Shown here piece after piece: positions 34,001 to 43,600 of a DNA stretch of 54,851 nt. The stretch lies in contig NMRA01000495.1 in assembly GCA_002633005.1 (NCBI GenBank), positions 42,921 through 97,771 on the forward strand, written 5' to 3'. How positions within the stretch are numbered: the stretch's first letter is position 1; each line of letters begins with the position of its first letter. The stretch comes from Phoronis australis. Lineage: Eukaryota > Animalia > Phoronida. Under the pieces are notes generated by a model. It was not told where the DNA came from. It saw nothing but the letters and a program-made list of their open reading frames with translations, and made no database searches. Position numbers and translations under genes: made by a program.

Positions 34001-37000
34001 CATTAAATAACAGTTTAATACCCTTTAAAAATCATAACATAAATATACTGAATAGAACAACATGTGGTATGAAGTTCAAAAAGTGTTTTAATCTAAATAA
34101 TGCATTTCCTAGGTGAATTCAAAAATGCAACGCTCCCTTATATTGGGAATTATACACTAGTATGTTCAATGTTCTCCCCAACAAAAAAATTCAAATTGGA
34201 CAAAAGCTCAAAATTTCCTTAAGAAATAACTAATCTCCCATAAGTTAAAATTCAGTGCACAAATTTTCCGATCTCTATGCGAGTAAGCTAAACCCATCAA
34301 GGCATAATTCAATCTAGTTACTGCTAGGAGTCAAAACAGGCTGCAGAGAACCCTTGACGTTATAAGATTATTTCTTTACAATACGATAACTACACACAAG
34401 ACATGAGGAATCAAGAAAACCACAGACACTTCTAAGAGCTTTTACTTACAGAAGCCGGCATGCCTCCTGAAGACTGTTCACAGCCGCTGGGATTTCATTA
34501 CACACAAGATGGCGCTTTCCAGTCGTTAGAAAACTCACAGCTTCTGCAGCCAAGTCGTGGCTGAAATGACAAATAGAAACATCATCAAATACAACTCAAT
34601 GATATCTTCCGAAAGTACGACTTCTGTGCAAAAATGTCAAAAAAGTAGACACCAGTTTCGAAAAGTGAGCATGAAAACGAAATCTGAGGATCATGGATTT
34701 CAGATGCTGTAGTTTACAACCAAGGGATGGATTATTACCAGAGCACGACAGGTTGCCGTTCGCAGCCTAGCCAAAATCCTAGCCCAGAATTGCGAAACTA
34801 GCTCGTACAGGGCCTTGACAACCGAAATAACAACTGTGGGGGAGATTTTCCATGACCAAGAAAGTGTCTGGGCATTTTCAGGAGATGCAACTAGAGTTGG
34901 AATGCCAGTCGCACACATGCAACTATATCAGGTGGCAAATATCTCCGCTTACATTTCCAAATTTCAAGTCGCAAATGTGACCTACAGCTCATTAGGTTGA
35001 GTCCTGCCTATGCATTTTGCATGCAAGGGTAAAACATACTTCCTAAACGTAATCATCCATAAATTAACTTTTGGATATGAAGAGCTTTGATCACGGACTT
35101 AAACCTGATTGATCAAGTTTTTAGTTATTTCAGGTAATGGTAATGAGATCATTCAAAGGACTTTTTTCTTATCAATTATCTAAATTGCGAATTAAGAAAC
35201 ATGCTATTCAACCACTTTAAATGTCTATAACCTTTCTATATCACAATAGAAAAAATTCCACTGCCAAATCAATCAAAACTTTGGCAAGTAATAAAACAAA
35301 ATCAGTATTCGCCCGAGGCTGTGTATTTGCCTCATATGCTGCAATTGACCTATCGCAAGCTCCGCCCCCTTGCGAAATGTCCACAAACAAACGATAAGTT
35401 TTAGCCGGCAACGTGTTGTCGGGTAAAACGGCGACTTGTAAACGAAGATGTGTTAAGAATGCTGTGTTCTGATTGGTCACTTAAGCCGTTACTCAAAATC
35501 TTGGCGACAGGACAATTAAGCCACAAAAGGATTATAATGAGTATCAATGAGGCCAGAATTCTACGGTATTCATTTCTAACAGTACAGGAAAATTGACCAA
35601 GTATACCTCGACTGACATCCTGGGTTGTTTTCACAGACAGTAAAAAATTGAAATGAACCCCAGGAATTTTGGAGGCAGGATCTAGAGTTTCGAAGTGTAA
35701 GCAAAACACTTCTAAAATTGTCTAATCGCAATCAAATTTGACAAAGTTGGCCAACAGGGGTTTCTCTGTACAATAAGGTTCCTTAAACTAAGTGTGAGAT
35801 GCAGTCAAAATCTAGATATGGGCAATTCCATTTGTGAAGGACGTACAATCAGAGAACATTTTTATCAATTGTGAAAAAAATGTTCATCATAGGAAAATAA
35901 TTAATACATCAATTCATAGGTCTGACTAATAGCTTTCAAAGCATGCATCAACTTTTCCCCCATCTTTTAATCTGACTGAGAAAATTGCCTTTAAAGGGGT
36001 GTGATGGACGTCAAAGAGTATTTATATTTTTTTTAAAAAATTTTAACGTTAATTTTCTGCGGGTTGCATTAAGTTACAATTTTATGATTTACATGACGAT
36101 TTAATGGAATGATTGCAAAGTACAACACACTAATTTTTTTGATGATATCTTCTAAGAAATTTTTGTCAGACAGCTCCATATGAGTTGAGTTAGTGTGACA
36201 GACGGACGTGATAGACGTACGCTCTGAATTTCTAGTATTAAATTGTTTGTTGTGACTTAAGATACCAATTCAGAACGATTCAAACTTTTGCAGTATTTAA
36301 GCTATATTGGTCTTCTAGGAATATACCCTAGGATTTTAACTTTTCAGTACATTTGATTAAAGATATAAAACAATCACCTAAAATCTTCACTTCCTTTTGA
36401 AGAGGGTAAGCATTATCAATGGGAATGAGAGTGATAATCATTTTGTATTTTACAGCTGTTAGTTATCAGGAAAATCTGTTTTTAAGCATTAAATAGAACA
36501 CCTAACTAATTCAAAATTAATAAGTAAATATTGACAGTCAAAATATAAAATGTGAAATAAAGTTTGAAACTAATCACCGTCATAAAATGCATTTTAATTG
36601 TTTTTTAAATTAGAACTCGCCCTTAGAGCTTGTACAAAATTATTCTCTGGTCCATGCTGTCGATGGTTCTGATGCATACCCATGAAAGTAATAACTGTGA
36701 TGTTTTTAAAGAATTAGTAACAGGATTTCAGTATCTTCTTAATGTGAAGCACATGGTTTAGTTGACATCATCCACTTTTGGCATTTATATTTTAATTCAA
36801 ATCACCCGTGCTGTCTTCCAGTGTCAAAACAAGACATTTTTTAAATAATTGCATTTAGGATTATGATTTGGGAATATGTAGAGCTAACTTATCAGATGCT
36901 AGTTTCTATTTAGTGATTAAAATGATTAGGTTTTTATCCAGCTCTTTAACTCATGCCTCCTTTTCAAATTTAAAGAGAGGCTTTAAATAATGCCACATCA

Positions 37001-38439
37001 CAGTATGCATAAGTACAATTGTGAATTTTTTGATCCACGATGGCATCTTTTTTTCGAGTTTCAAAGAATATTCCAGCAGATATTTATTCTCCTGGTTGCG
37101 TGTTCTCCAACAATTTCCTATATCCTTTCTAAATGCCGGTTTAATCACCTCCTTCCTACAGCTTGAAAATTGCCGGTATCGGCTTTTTCAACACAAAACA
37201 CATAATATCAGGTCGGCGCAGAAATAACATGTCGATTCCAGTGCAGTAGCAGGTTGGCCTTTTCACAGAATTTCCCATATCTCTACCAATGCCTTCACTC
37301 ACAACATGGTTGTAAATGCCAACAAAGTTTGTCATTTGATCGCTGATGATTGTTGCATATGTTCATTTACTCTATGTACGCAATCTTGTATTGGTTCACA
37401 TAGGTCACTAGCACCTAGTAAGAACCATTGCTTACTGGTTCCTATTTCCTTACACAGCAGGATTACCAAAGCTGTGCAGCACTAATGGACTTGTGCCTCT
37501 TACATCAGATGTGCTTGACGTTGGAACACAACAGCGTAACCTTGGTAACTTTATTGAAATAATCACGTTCACTTTGACAAAAAATTGCACTGCTTTACAG
37601 TAAATCACAAGTTTATAAATGAGGTAAATTTCAACCAACGTTAACTGACTTTTAACAACTATTGGCACTTTTATTTTCCAAATGATGATTTATTAGTTGT
37701 TCAGGTATTCAGACCTCAGATTCTGTGACAAAAATTCTGGTAACTAAGAAATGTGACCGGAGAGTCAATAATTGTAAAAATTCTTTATACTGAATAACGC
37801 GTTTCACCACATTGTTACAATGAATATATAACTCCATGCCAAGGTTACGCAAATGCGATCTTGAAATTAAGAGCAATTAAAGTTCAGACACAACAGATAG
37901 GCTAAACTACACAGACTTCACAATTCTCACATTCAGTCATGGTCTTATTAGTATTTGGACGTATTTGGTCTTCACAATTTGGGGTCAAACAAAAAAGTTT
38001 CATAAAATGTTATCCTTCTTGCCTGACTCCGAGCACTCACACTGTTACACTCAGTCATTGGCAGTGGCAAGTGGGGTAAACACTAAACAGTCCCTAGTGA
38101 ACAGAAACTAAAAATTGCCACATAACTTTTGTGAAAAGCACATAAAACTTCACACCGCCAAAATCTCAATTATTGCATTTCCACTGGAAAACATGAAAGG
38201 GAACGAAACATAGCCTTTCAGAAACTTAGCACGGTGAATTTTAACCAATACACATGTTCATTTCAAACAACACACCGAACACCGCAATTTTGCGGGAAAT
38301 TTCTCTGGTACGACAACGCTGAATGCATGTCCACTTTAAGGTTGAGAAAAGCGTTAAACCGGACTAGAAAACAATTTATGGTTACAAATTATCACCTGTC
38401 ATTTTTGGGTGTGTCTACAGAGCTGCTTTCAGTAGCCAT
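9990..38439 (-). CDS. NASP: Nuclear autoantigenic sperm protein (H3-H4/H1 histone chaperone, SHNi-TPR family). Exons 38439-38396, 34560-34450, 33615-33497, 32137-32072, 30668-29100, 28117-28035, 27270-27123, 26593-26503, 25648-25551, 24654-24524, 23811-23734, 22700-22572, 13474-13430, 10901-10752, 10055-9990 (exons 8-12 duplicated at 20626-16585); about 975 aa
   Basis: All exons have GT/AG ends and consistent phases. The translation contains NASP hallmarks [120 protein letters not shown] and [13 protein letters not shown] (NLS). Confidence 0.93.
10180..10355. mobile_element. Short MITE, copy 1 (second copy at 35343-35517)
   Basis: TIR AATTGACCTATCGC / GCGATAGGTCAATT; a closely similar copy lies in NASP intron 1. 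Confidence 0.7.
10752..10901 (-). CDS. NASP: NASP exon 14 ([17 protein letters not shown]...ETK)
   Basis: tcgtag acceptor, AAG|GTATGT donor; second half of the bipartite NLS region. Confidence 0.85.
11144..12505. mobile_element. Non-autonomous DNA transposon with CAC...GTG termini (CMC/Chapaev- or Transib-like)
   Basis: About 37-bp TIR CACGGGTGAGAAACAACATGACCGCCGGTCCTCTAAA / TTTAGAGGACCGGCGGTCATGCTGTTTCTCACCCGTG, with subterminal GGACCGCC repeats; flanks TACAG / TACAA. Confidence 0.75.
13430..13474 (-). CDS. NASP: NASP exon 13 ([15 protein letters not shown])
   Basis: Poly-T acceptor; matches the NASP DISHLVRKK motif. Confidence 0.88.
13628..14098. mobile_element. hAT-like MITE (CAGGG termini) with 6-bp TSD GGCTGT
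   Basis: TIR CAGGGCTTGGAAT / ATTCCAAGCCCTG, internal GCGGAAA repeats, direct repeat GGCTGT on both sides; relatives at ~32342 and 43222-43440. Confidence 0.8.
14243..15391 (-). mobile_element. Helentron-associated (HINE/DINE-1-like) non-autonomous element with an internal ~140-150 bp tandem repeat array
   Basis: Subterminal inverted repeats ATGCGCCCAC (14271) / GTGGGCGCAT (15377), short hairpin CAACG-TAGAG-CGTTG near the 3' end, T-run ends, repeated core with CCACTAGG, AAATTTCATGAAAAT and GGAGATAC. Confidence 0.65.
16585..16713 (-). CDS. NASP: NASP exon 12, copy B ([10 protein letters not shown]...TSQ)
   Basis: tcttcag acceptor, CAG|GTTTGT donor, phase 0-0. Confidence 0.7.
17757..17834 (-). 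CDS. NASP: NASP exon 11, copy B ([10 protein letters not shown]...TGL)
   Basis: Splice sites intact; homologous to 23734-23811. Confidence 0.7.
18549..18679 (-). CDS. NASP: NASP exon 10, copy B
   Basis: ASLTKVVE...[18 protein letters not shown]|GTAAGT. Confidence 0.72.
19585..19682 (-). CDS. NASP: NASP exon 9, copy B
   Basis: [21 protein letters not shown]..., G|GTAAGT. Confidence 0.72.
20536..20626 (-). CDS. NASP: NASP exon 8, copy B
   Basis: [17 protein letters not shown]...IAES, donor GTATCCTT. Confidence 0.7.
20694..20770. other. Assembly gap (N run)
   Basis: 77 N bases. Confidence 0.99.
22572..22700 (-). CDS. NASP: NASP exon 12, copy A
   Basis: [14 protein letters not shown]...TSQ, intact splice sites. 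Confidence 0.72.
23734..23811 (-). CDS. NASP: NASP exon 11, copy A
   Basis: [29 protein letters not shown]|GTAGGT. Confidence 0.78.
24524..24654 (-). CDS. NASP: NASP exon 10, copy A
   Basis: [15 protein letters not shown] coiled-coil motif. Confidence 0.8.
25551..25648 (-). CDS. NASP: NASP exon 9, copy A
   Basis: TPR4 HYQLGL motif. Confidence 0.82.
26503..26593 (-). CDS. NASP: NASP exon 8, copy A
   Basis: Second helix of TPR3; phase 1 to phase 2. Confidence 0.82.
27123..27270 (-). CDS. NASP: NASP exon 7 ([20 protein letters not shown]...LGEVSLET)
   Basis: SHNi-TPR motif, G|GTATGT donor. Confidence 0.92.
28035..28117 (-). CDS. NASP: NASP exon 6 (acidic)
   Basis: cttttag acceptor, GAG|GTGAGA donor, phases fit the neighbouring exons. 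Confidence 0.8.
29100..30668 (-). CDS. NASP: NASP exon 5, large acidic insertion with 25-aa repeats
   Basis: Starts [15 protein letters not shown]; 1569 nt open, phase 1-1; donor AAAG|GTTTGA inferred. Confidence 0.85.
29500..30260 (-). repeat. Coding 75-bp (25-aa) tandem repeat within NASP exon 5
   Basis: Units such as [25 protein letters not shown] and [25 protein letters not shown]. Confidence 0.85.
30784..31454. mobile_element. hAT-like MITE
   Basis: TIR CAGGCCTCGACATTAA / TTAATGTCGAGCCCTG. Confidence 0.65.
32072..32137 (-). CDS. NASP: NASP exon 4 ([22 protein letters not shown])
   Basis: cttcag acceptor, G|GTAAGA donor, phase 1-1. Confidence 0.82.
33497..33615 (-). CDS. NASP: NASP exon 3
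   Basis: [33 protein letters not shown]. Confidence 0.93.
34450..34560 (-). CDS. NASP: NASP exon 2
   Basis: [24 protein letters not shown] (TPR1), CT|GTAAGT. Confidence 0.92.
35343..35517. mobile_element. Short MITE, copy 2 (family of 10180-10355)
   Basis: AATTGACCTATCGCAAGCTCCGCCCCCTTGCG ... GGCGACAGGACAATT. Confidence 0.7.
35820..37276. mobile_element. Putative non-autonomous DNA transposon (Sola-like, ATAT TSD)
   Basis: ATAT|GGGCAATTCC ... GAATTTCCC|ATAT; AT-rich interior. Confidence 0.4.
38396..38439 (-). CDS. NASP: NASP exon 1 ([14 protein letters not shown])
   Basis: ATG at 38439; AG|GTGATA donor in phase 2 matches exon 2; adjacent to promoter motifs. Confidence 0.78.
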
Positions 38440-38770
38440 AACGCAAAATTAGACGACCTAACACCTTGAATTACCAGAACGTACTGAACAAAGCAACAGA
38501 TTTCCCGCGAAATCGGGTTGAATGAGCTGAGCGTGACGTAGGACTGTGACCTCAAAACCAAAAAGCATATGTTGAAATGAAGAAATGCTTTTTAATTTAT
38601 AATAAATGATGACATATTTAAATTTACTGTAGCCAAAAATAGTTACTTTGAGTTATTTTTGTAACGATGAAACAAACAATGATACACATTTGAGGCTATA
38701 ATTTCCCGTGGAGTTTCGATGGGTTCCCCCAACATGTGACGTCATTTCTCTTCATTTCCGCCATTTTTGG
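38440..38770. promoter_or_regulatory. Bidirectional NASP/BTF3 promoter
   Basis: Overlapping inverted E2F-like site TTTCCCGCGAAA (38501-38512), half CRE GTGACGTA (~38533), full CRE TGACGTCA (38737-38744), pyrimidine-rich initiator tract and YY1-like CCGCCATTTT (38758-38767). Confidence 0.65.
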
Positions 38771-38808
38771 AATCACGTTGTGGAAAGGTTATCTTTCCAC
38801 GGAAAAAG
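38745..38808 (+). other. BTF3: Probable non-coding exon 1 of BTF3
   Basis: TCT/TOP-like tract TTTCTCTTCATTTCC followed by donor AAG|GTAATT at 38808/38809; matching acceptor ttgcag at 40597, upstream of the ATG. Confidence 0.55.
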
Positions 38809-39070
38809 GTAATTTTGAAGAGTTATTCTATTAAATATTTGTGTAGTTTTAATAAGAGGTTATGACGACGGGCATACTACCGATTTAGATTGTTGTTTTT
38901 GTTGTGAAATGTCGTAAATAATATATCAAAAGCTCCTTCCCAATATTCTCGAATCGAATGACTGAGATTGAGTGACCGATTGACCGGTGATTCTTTGTCA
39001 GCCAGTTGAAGCATTTTAGTTCATTTTTGTGTGCTTGATGTCTAGTTGAATCAAAAGGTCTGCTGGGAGG

Positions 39071-39248
39071 GCACTGATCGGATATAGCGGTCCCTGATTT
39101 TGAAAACCAGTTTCATTCAATTGAATGACAGTGACATAATACTCTGAAGAGTGTGGTCACTTAAATCAAACCAAGAAGATAACAGACCCGTTACTAATCA
39201 GTTATTGCCTGGTTCTCAAAATCAGGGACCCCTTTATCGGACCAGTGC
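39071..39248. mobile_element. MITE with ~40-bp TIRs in BTF3 intron 1
   Basis: GCACTGATCGGATATAGCGGTCCCTGATTTTGAAAACCAG / CTGGTTCTCAAAATCAGGGACCCCTTTATCGGACCAGTGC. Confidence 0.7.
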
Positions 39249-40618
39249 TCGGTTGTAGTCGAGACGGCTCGAATTTTTTGATATGTTGCTGTGGTGTTCT
39301 AATTTTCACGTTAAACAGTAACGTAGCCCGTGCAGTGACCATTGTCTGTAGGTGGCTCAGTAGAGACGGTGTAGCTCAGAGCTTCACACACCGGAAGCTT
39401 TCTGGTGAATTATGCCTTACACCGACTGAAACATAAAAGTCGTGTTATGAATACCTATTGCACTTAGAGGGCCACCTTAGCCTTAGGAGGCTGTCTTTAT
39501 TTCCTTCCAACAAGTACTTCCGTTATCAAACTTTTGTGTGAACAATCCCTCCTTCAGTTCCGCAAATCAGTAACTTGTCATTTTTACAGTGCGCAGCACA
39601 CATCGGGATGTGATATACCAGCTACCACGCGCAGTATTAAAAATGAACGGTTACCATTTTGGGAACTGAACGAGGGACTGCCCGAAGAAAAGCACTGTAT
39701 TTACACACATTCTTCACAAGGTTGTTAAATCGTGGCAAAAAAATTCGGCCCAAACATCGCAATTAAAATCGTACTTATGCTATTTGTAAGGACTGAATGA
39801 AGCAAAATACAGTACCAGCTCCTGACCAAATCGGAAAATGTCATTTAATGAAAGAAGTCGGCAGTATATGCAAAAATGTCACCTTTTTCCATGTTGTCAG
39901 GACAGTTCGAAAAAAGGCTTAATAGGAGTGCTGTGCTTGAACTTTTAATTCTGCTTGATAATAATCAGATAGGTGGGCACTGATTTGAAATAATGCCTAA
40001 TATTCAGCAGGAGTAACTGGTTCTCAAATCAGGACCACATCTAACCGACTATTACCTTCTGCTTAATCTCCTGTATGCGTGAATTTGGAATACACTAAAC
40101 TTTGAAAGTTCACTTGAATAACCATGTTCGCATTGGAAGAATTGCACTGCACTAAAGCATATCACATGTAAATAAAATGATGTAAATTGTAAACTACCGT
40201 TGTTGTTTTTTCAACTATTGGTGGTCTCATTCACCAAACAGGTATTGTTTATTCACATATTCCTCCGATTCTGTAACACATCCTGATATACCATGTATGC
40301 TGGAGGATTTTTCTGCAAATAACATTACCCCTGGTTAAACTGTTCAAATCATGCTGCTATACCATTTGAGCATAGAGGGACATCTCAGAAACCGTGGATG
40401 TCCAAGCATTATGGAATACCAATGGAGAGTGACAACGGTATTCATTTATGATTAAGCCAATATTTTCTAGGCGAAAGGCTGTTTGTGTGTTTCTGTGCAT
40501 TCTAAGTCTCTGGCAACGCCCAGCTTGGTAACACTCTTGAGTCTTGTCATTTCATTGGGTTTCTGTCACCGTTACTAAGCTCGTTATTTTGTTGCAGGTT
40601 CTTTATAAAAAAATAAAA

Positions 40619-40672
40619 ATGAACGCTGAAAAGCTCAAAAAGTTGTCGGATCAAGTACGGGTTGGTGGAAAA
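40619..40672 (+). CDS. BTF3: BTF3 first coding exon
   Basis: [21 protein letters not shown]|GTAAGT. Confidence 0.93.
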
Positions 40673-43600
40673 GTAAGTCTCCGGATTTAGTTCATTAGGA
40701 CCTTTGAAAAGTGTCTTGATTTGGCTGTTAATGTTTTGTAAATGGTTGATTGCATTCGTGTGGTTCTTTCATATACTTCACTTTTTTGTTTGTTCTCCAC
40801 AACACTCTTGAGAATGGTTTTGAAAATGTTCCACGTGTTGCATGTGGGGCTAACAAAAAAGTGAATTCACTGTTCAAGCTATTTTAATCTCAAAATTCAT
40901 GTAGGTGTTTGAAAGTCTATGTCCATAGTGAATGGTTTTGATGAAAAAGTCGTCAAAAGTTGCATGAAACTACAGTGAAATGTTATTTTAGAAAACTGCA
41001 ACAAATTATAATGCCACGTGTCTGTAAATAATGTCTTGTTGGATATGAATTACGTGCTGATTGTTAACCGTTGCTTAAATAAGGATTGATGGATCTGAAT
41101 GAATGTTTTACACAATGTTGTATTTGTTCTTGAAATTTGGCATTCACTGTTAACCCAATGTTTAGCGAAATTTGTTTCCTACTTAAAATTTCTCACATCT
41201 GTTCCCTATTGCTTTGAGTAAACAAGTGGCTTAGTGTTGTAAAAATGACTGATTTTTGGGGATAGTGCTCACTTGTTTATTGGCCAACATACTCAGTATT
41301 TGGTGCAGTATTGGTCGTTGTATTGCCTGATCATCTGTTTTGTTGTGAATTGTTCATTAAAAAGAGTCTTTAATAATTGGCACAGCACAATATGTTCAAT
41401 TAATTATAGCCATTCATAAGACCTCAATTCTTATTTATCACGCAACACCAGTGGCGAGATTTGTATCAGCGAGTCCACAGATTAGGAAACTAAGTGACAA
41501 ATTTTCTTTGGTCGATTTTCCAGGGTACTGCTCGCAGAAAAAAGAAGGTTATCCACAAAACAGCTACAACAGATGATAAAAAACTACAAAATAGCCTTAA
41601 AAAGATCGGTGTCAATAACATACCTGGCATTGAAGAGGTAAGTAGTGATGAGAATGAAGTTGTGTTCATTGCCTTCACAAAGACGAAGAGTTTCTAATAT
41701 CCAACCAGAAACTATGCACTGGGTCTGGTGTTAGTGGTGCCACCCCTACCGCTCTGCTATATTGGGGAATAACAACCCAAACTGCTGGACATGTAATGGG
41801 CTGCAACTTGGAAGTGTGTCGTGGTGAGAGTGGCAGCAGTGACATTAGGAATAGATTGACTGGTTGGGTGTGGTGTGCATTGCAAAATAGGCTTAATTGT
41901 ACCAAAGGCTGACTTGCAGAGTGCAAGTACGCAATGGCTTAGTGAACGTATTGCACTCTGTTCACTGGCAATATGGGCTTTTTTGTACTGGGAGAAGTTA
42001 GGATAGATGCCAATTGCATTTCTTAGAGTTTTGACTGCTAAAGTAACCAACCTGTCAACATTAACAGGTCAAAAATACCACCCATTTTAAATGCATCATT
42101 TCTTACAGGAACGACCACCCGTAATTTGTGTTTTTTTCTGAAGACCACCACCCATGAATTTTTATTTCTACTGCCGTCCCTCCCCTCCCACACGGATTTT
42201 ACTGGAACAGCCCTGAAGTAGTTTTGGCTTGTTACTCTGAGAAATAGCTAAGTTTAGGCTGAAGAGATCGTCTGTGGGAAATGGTAATTGTGCATTGCTA
42301 CTTGCGCTTGTGGCTGTACTGGCTATTTTGGTCATGTCGTCATTGATCGAGGTCAAGGGTACTGCCCTTCAAATTTGAAATGAGGACAGCATACTGCTTC
42401 GTGTAATAGCAGTGGAAGTGGACACATCTTCAAGCTACGTTGATTGATGTAAAAATGCATTGATACATGCAGGTCTGCTGACTAATCAGTGACGATCGTA
42501 TTCGTATGTTTTGTAACTTGTGTCGGTTGGTATTGTGTGTTGAGTGCTAATCTAAATATTGGCTCTTAATTGTGCTTAAATAAAAGTTTACCGTGGAACT
42601 GTAAAGTTGTTGGAAGGTAAGAAGGTGGCCAAGTGCCTACAGTTTTTATCGCTCAGTGTTAGTGTGCTTAGTATTAAAGCCACTGGTTTTAAGCATCACG
42701 ACTCACCACTGAAATCTGCATAATTTTGGGGAAAATTGTGCAAAATTTGCTGTGCATGATCCAAGCAGGTCTAGTGGTACACTGTTGTGGCATTGTACAG
42801 CTCCGTTTCAACTCATAAGTATATGACACTTAGAAACTATTTCGACCAAACAATGTTATTTCCTTCTCTGGATGTGGAATACTTCTTTGATCTCAGTTCT
42901 GCCAAGGATTGGCCTTGGTGATGCGTTCTTCATGACGTTTAGTGTTTTGGTAGATTGTGAGTAATCCTCATGTTGGCTACACTGTGTTGCTCTATTTCAG
43001 GCCAACATGATGAAAGATGATGGGTCGGTGATCCACTTCAACAATCCTAAAGTGCAAGCTTCACTTCAGTCAAACACATTTGCCATTTCTGGCCATGCAG
43101 AGACAAAACGTGAGTCGTAAAACTTAAACTCTGACCTACCAACGAGCAGAATTTTAATGTCAGGCTATGTTTTAAAATAATTAAATTTCACGTTTTTATA
43201 AGAAATTGTCTGGACATTTAGTACGGCTTGGAATTTTCCTCTTTTTATGATTTCAATTTCCTTTTATTTGATTCCAGTTTCCTCTTTTTATCATTATTTT
43301 GACTTAATTTATGCAAAAACGTTTATTTCAATTAAATTGTGCAGCACAAAAATTATTTCTATCACACAAGCCTATTTGTGGAATGATACACCGCCTGGAA
43401 ATTTTTCCTCTTTTTTTGTCCTTGCTCATTCCAAGCCCTGTGTGTAGCTTTTTTCGTGAAACAGTTTTCAGAAACTATTGAAGCAGACTTGCTTATCTTT
43501 TTTTCAACCTACTTATTGAAGAGAACGTTTTATCATTCAACGTGTTTGAGTGTTTCCATCAAGGTACACAAGTTTGTGTCTTCTGGCTTCATTAGTTCAG

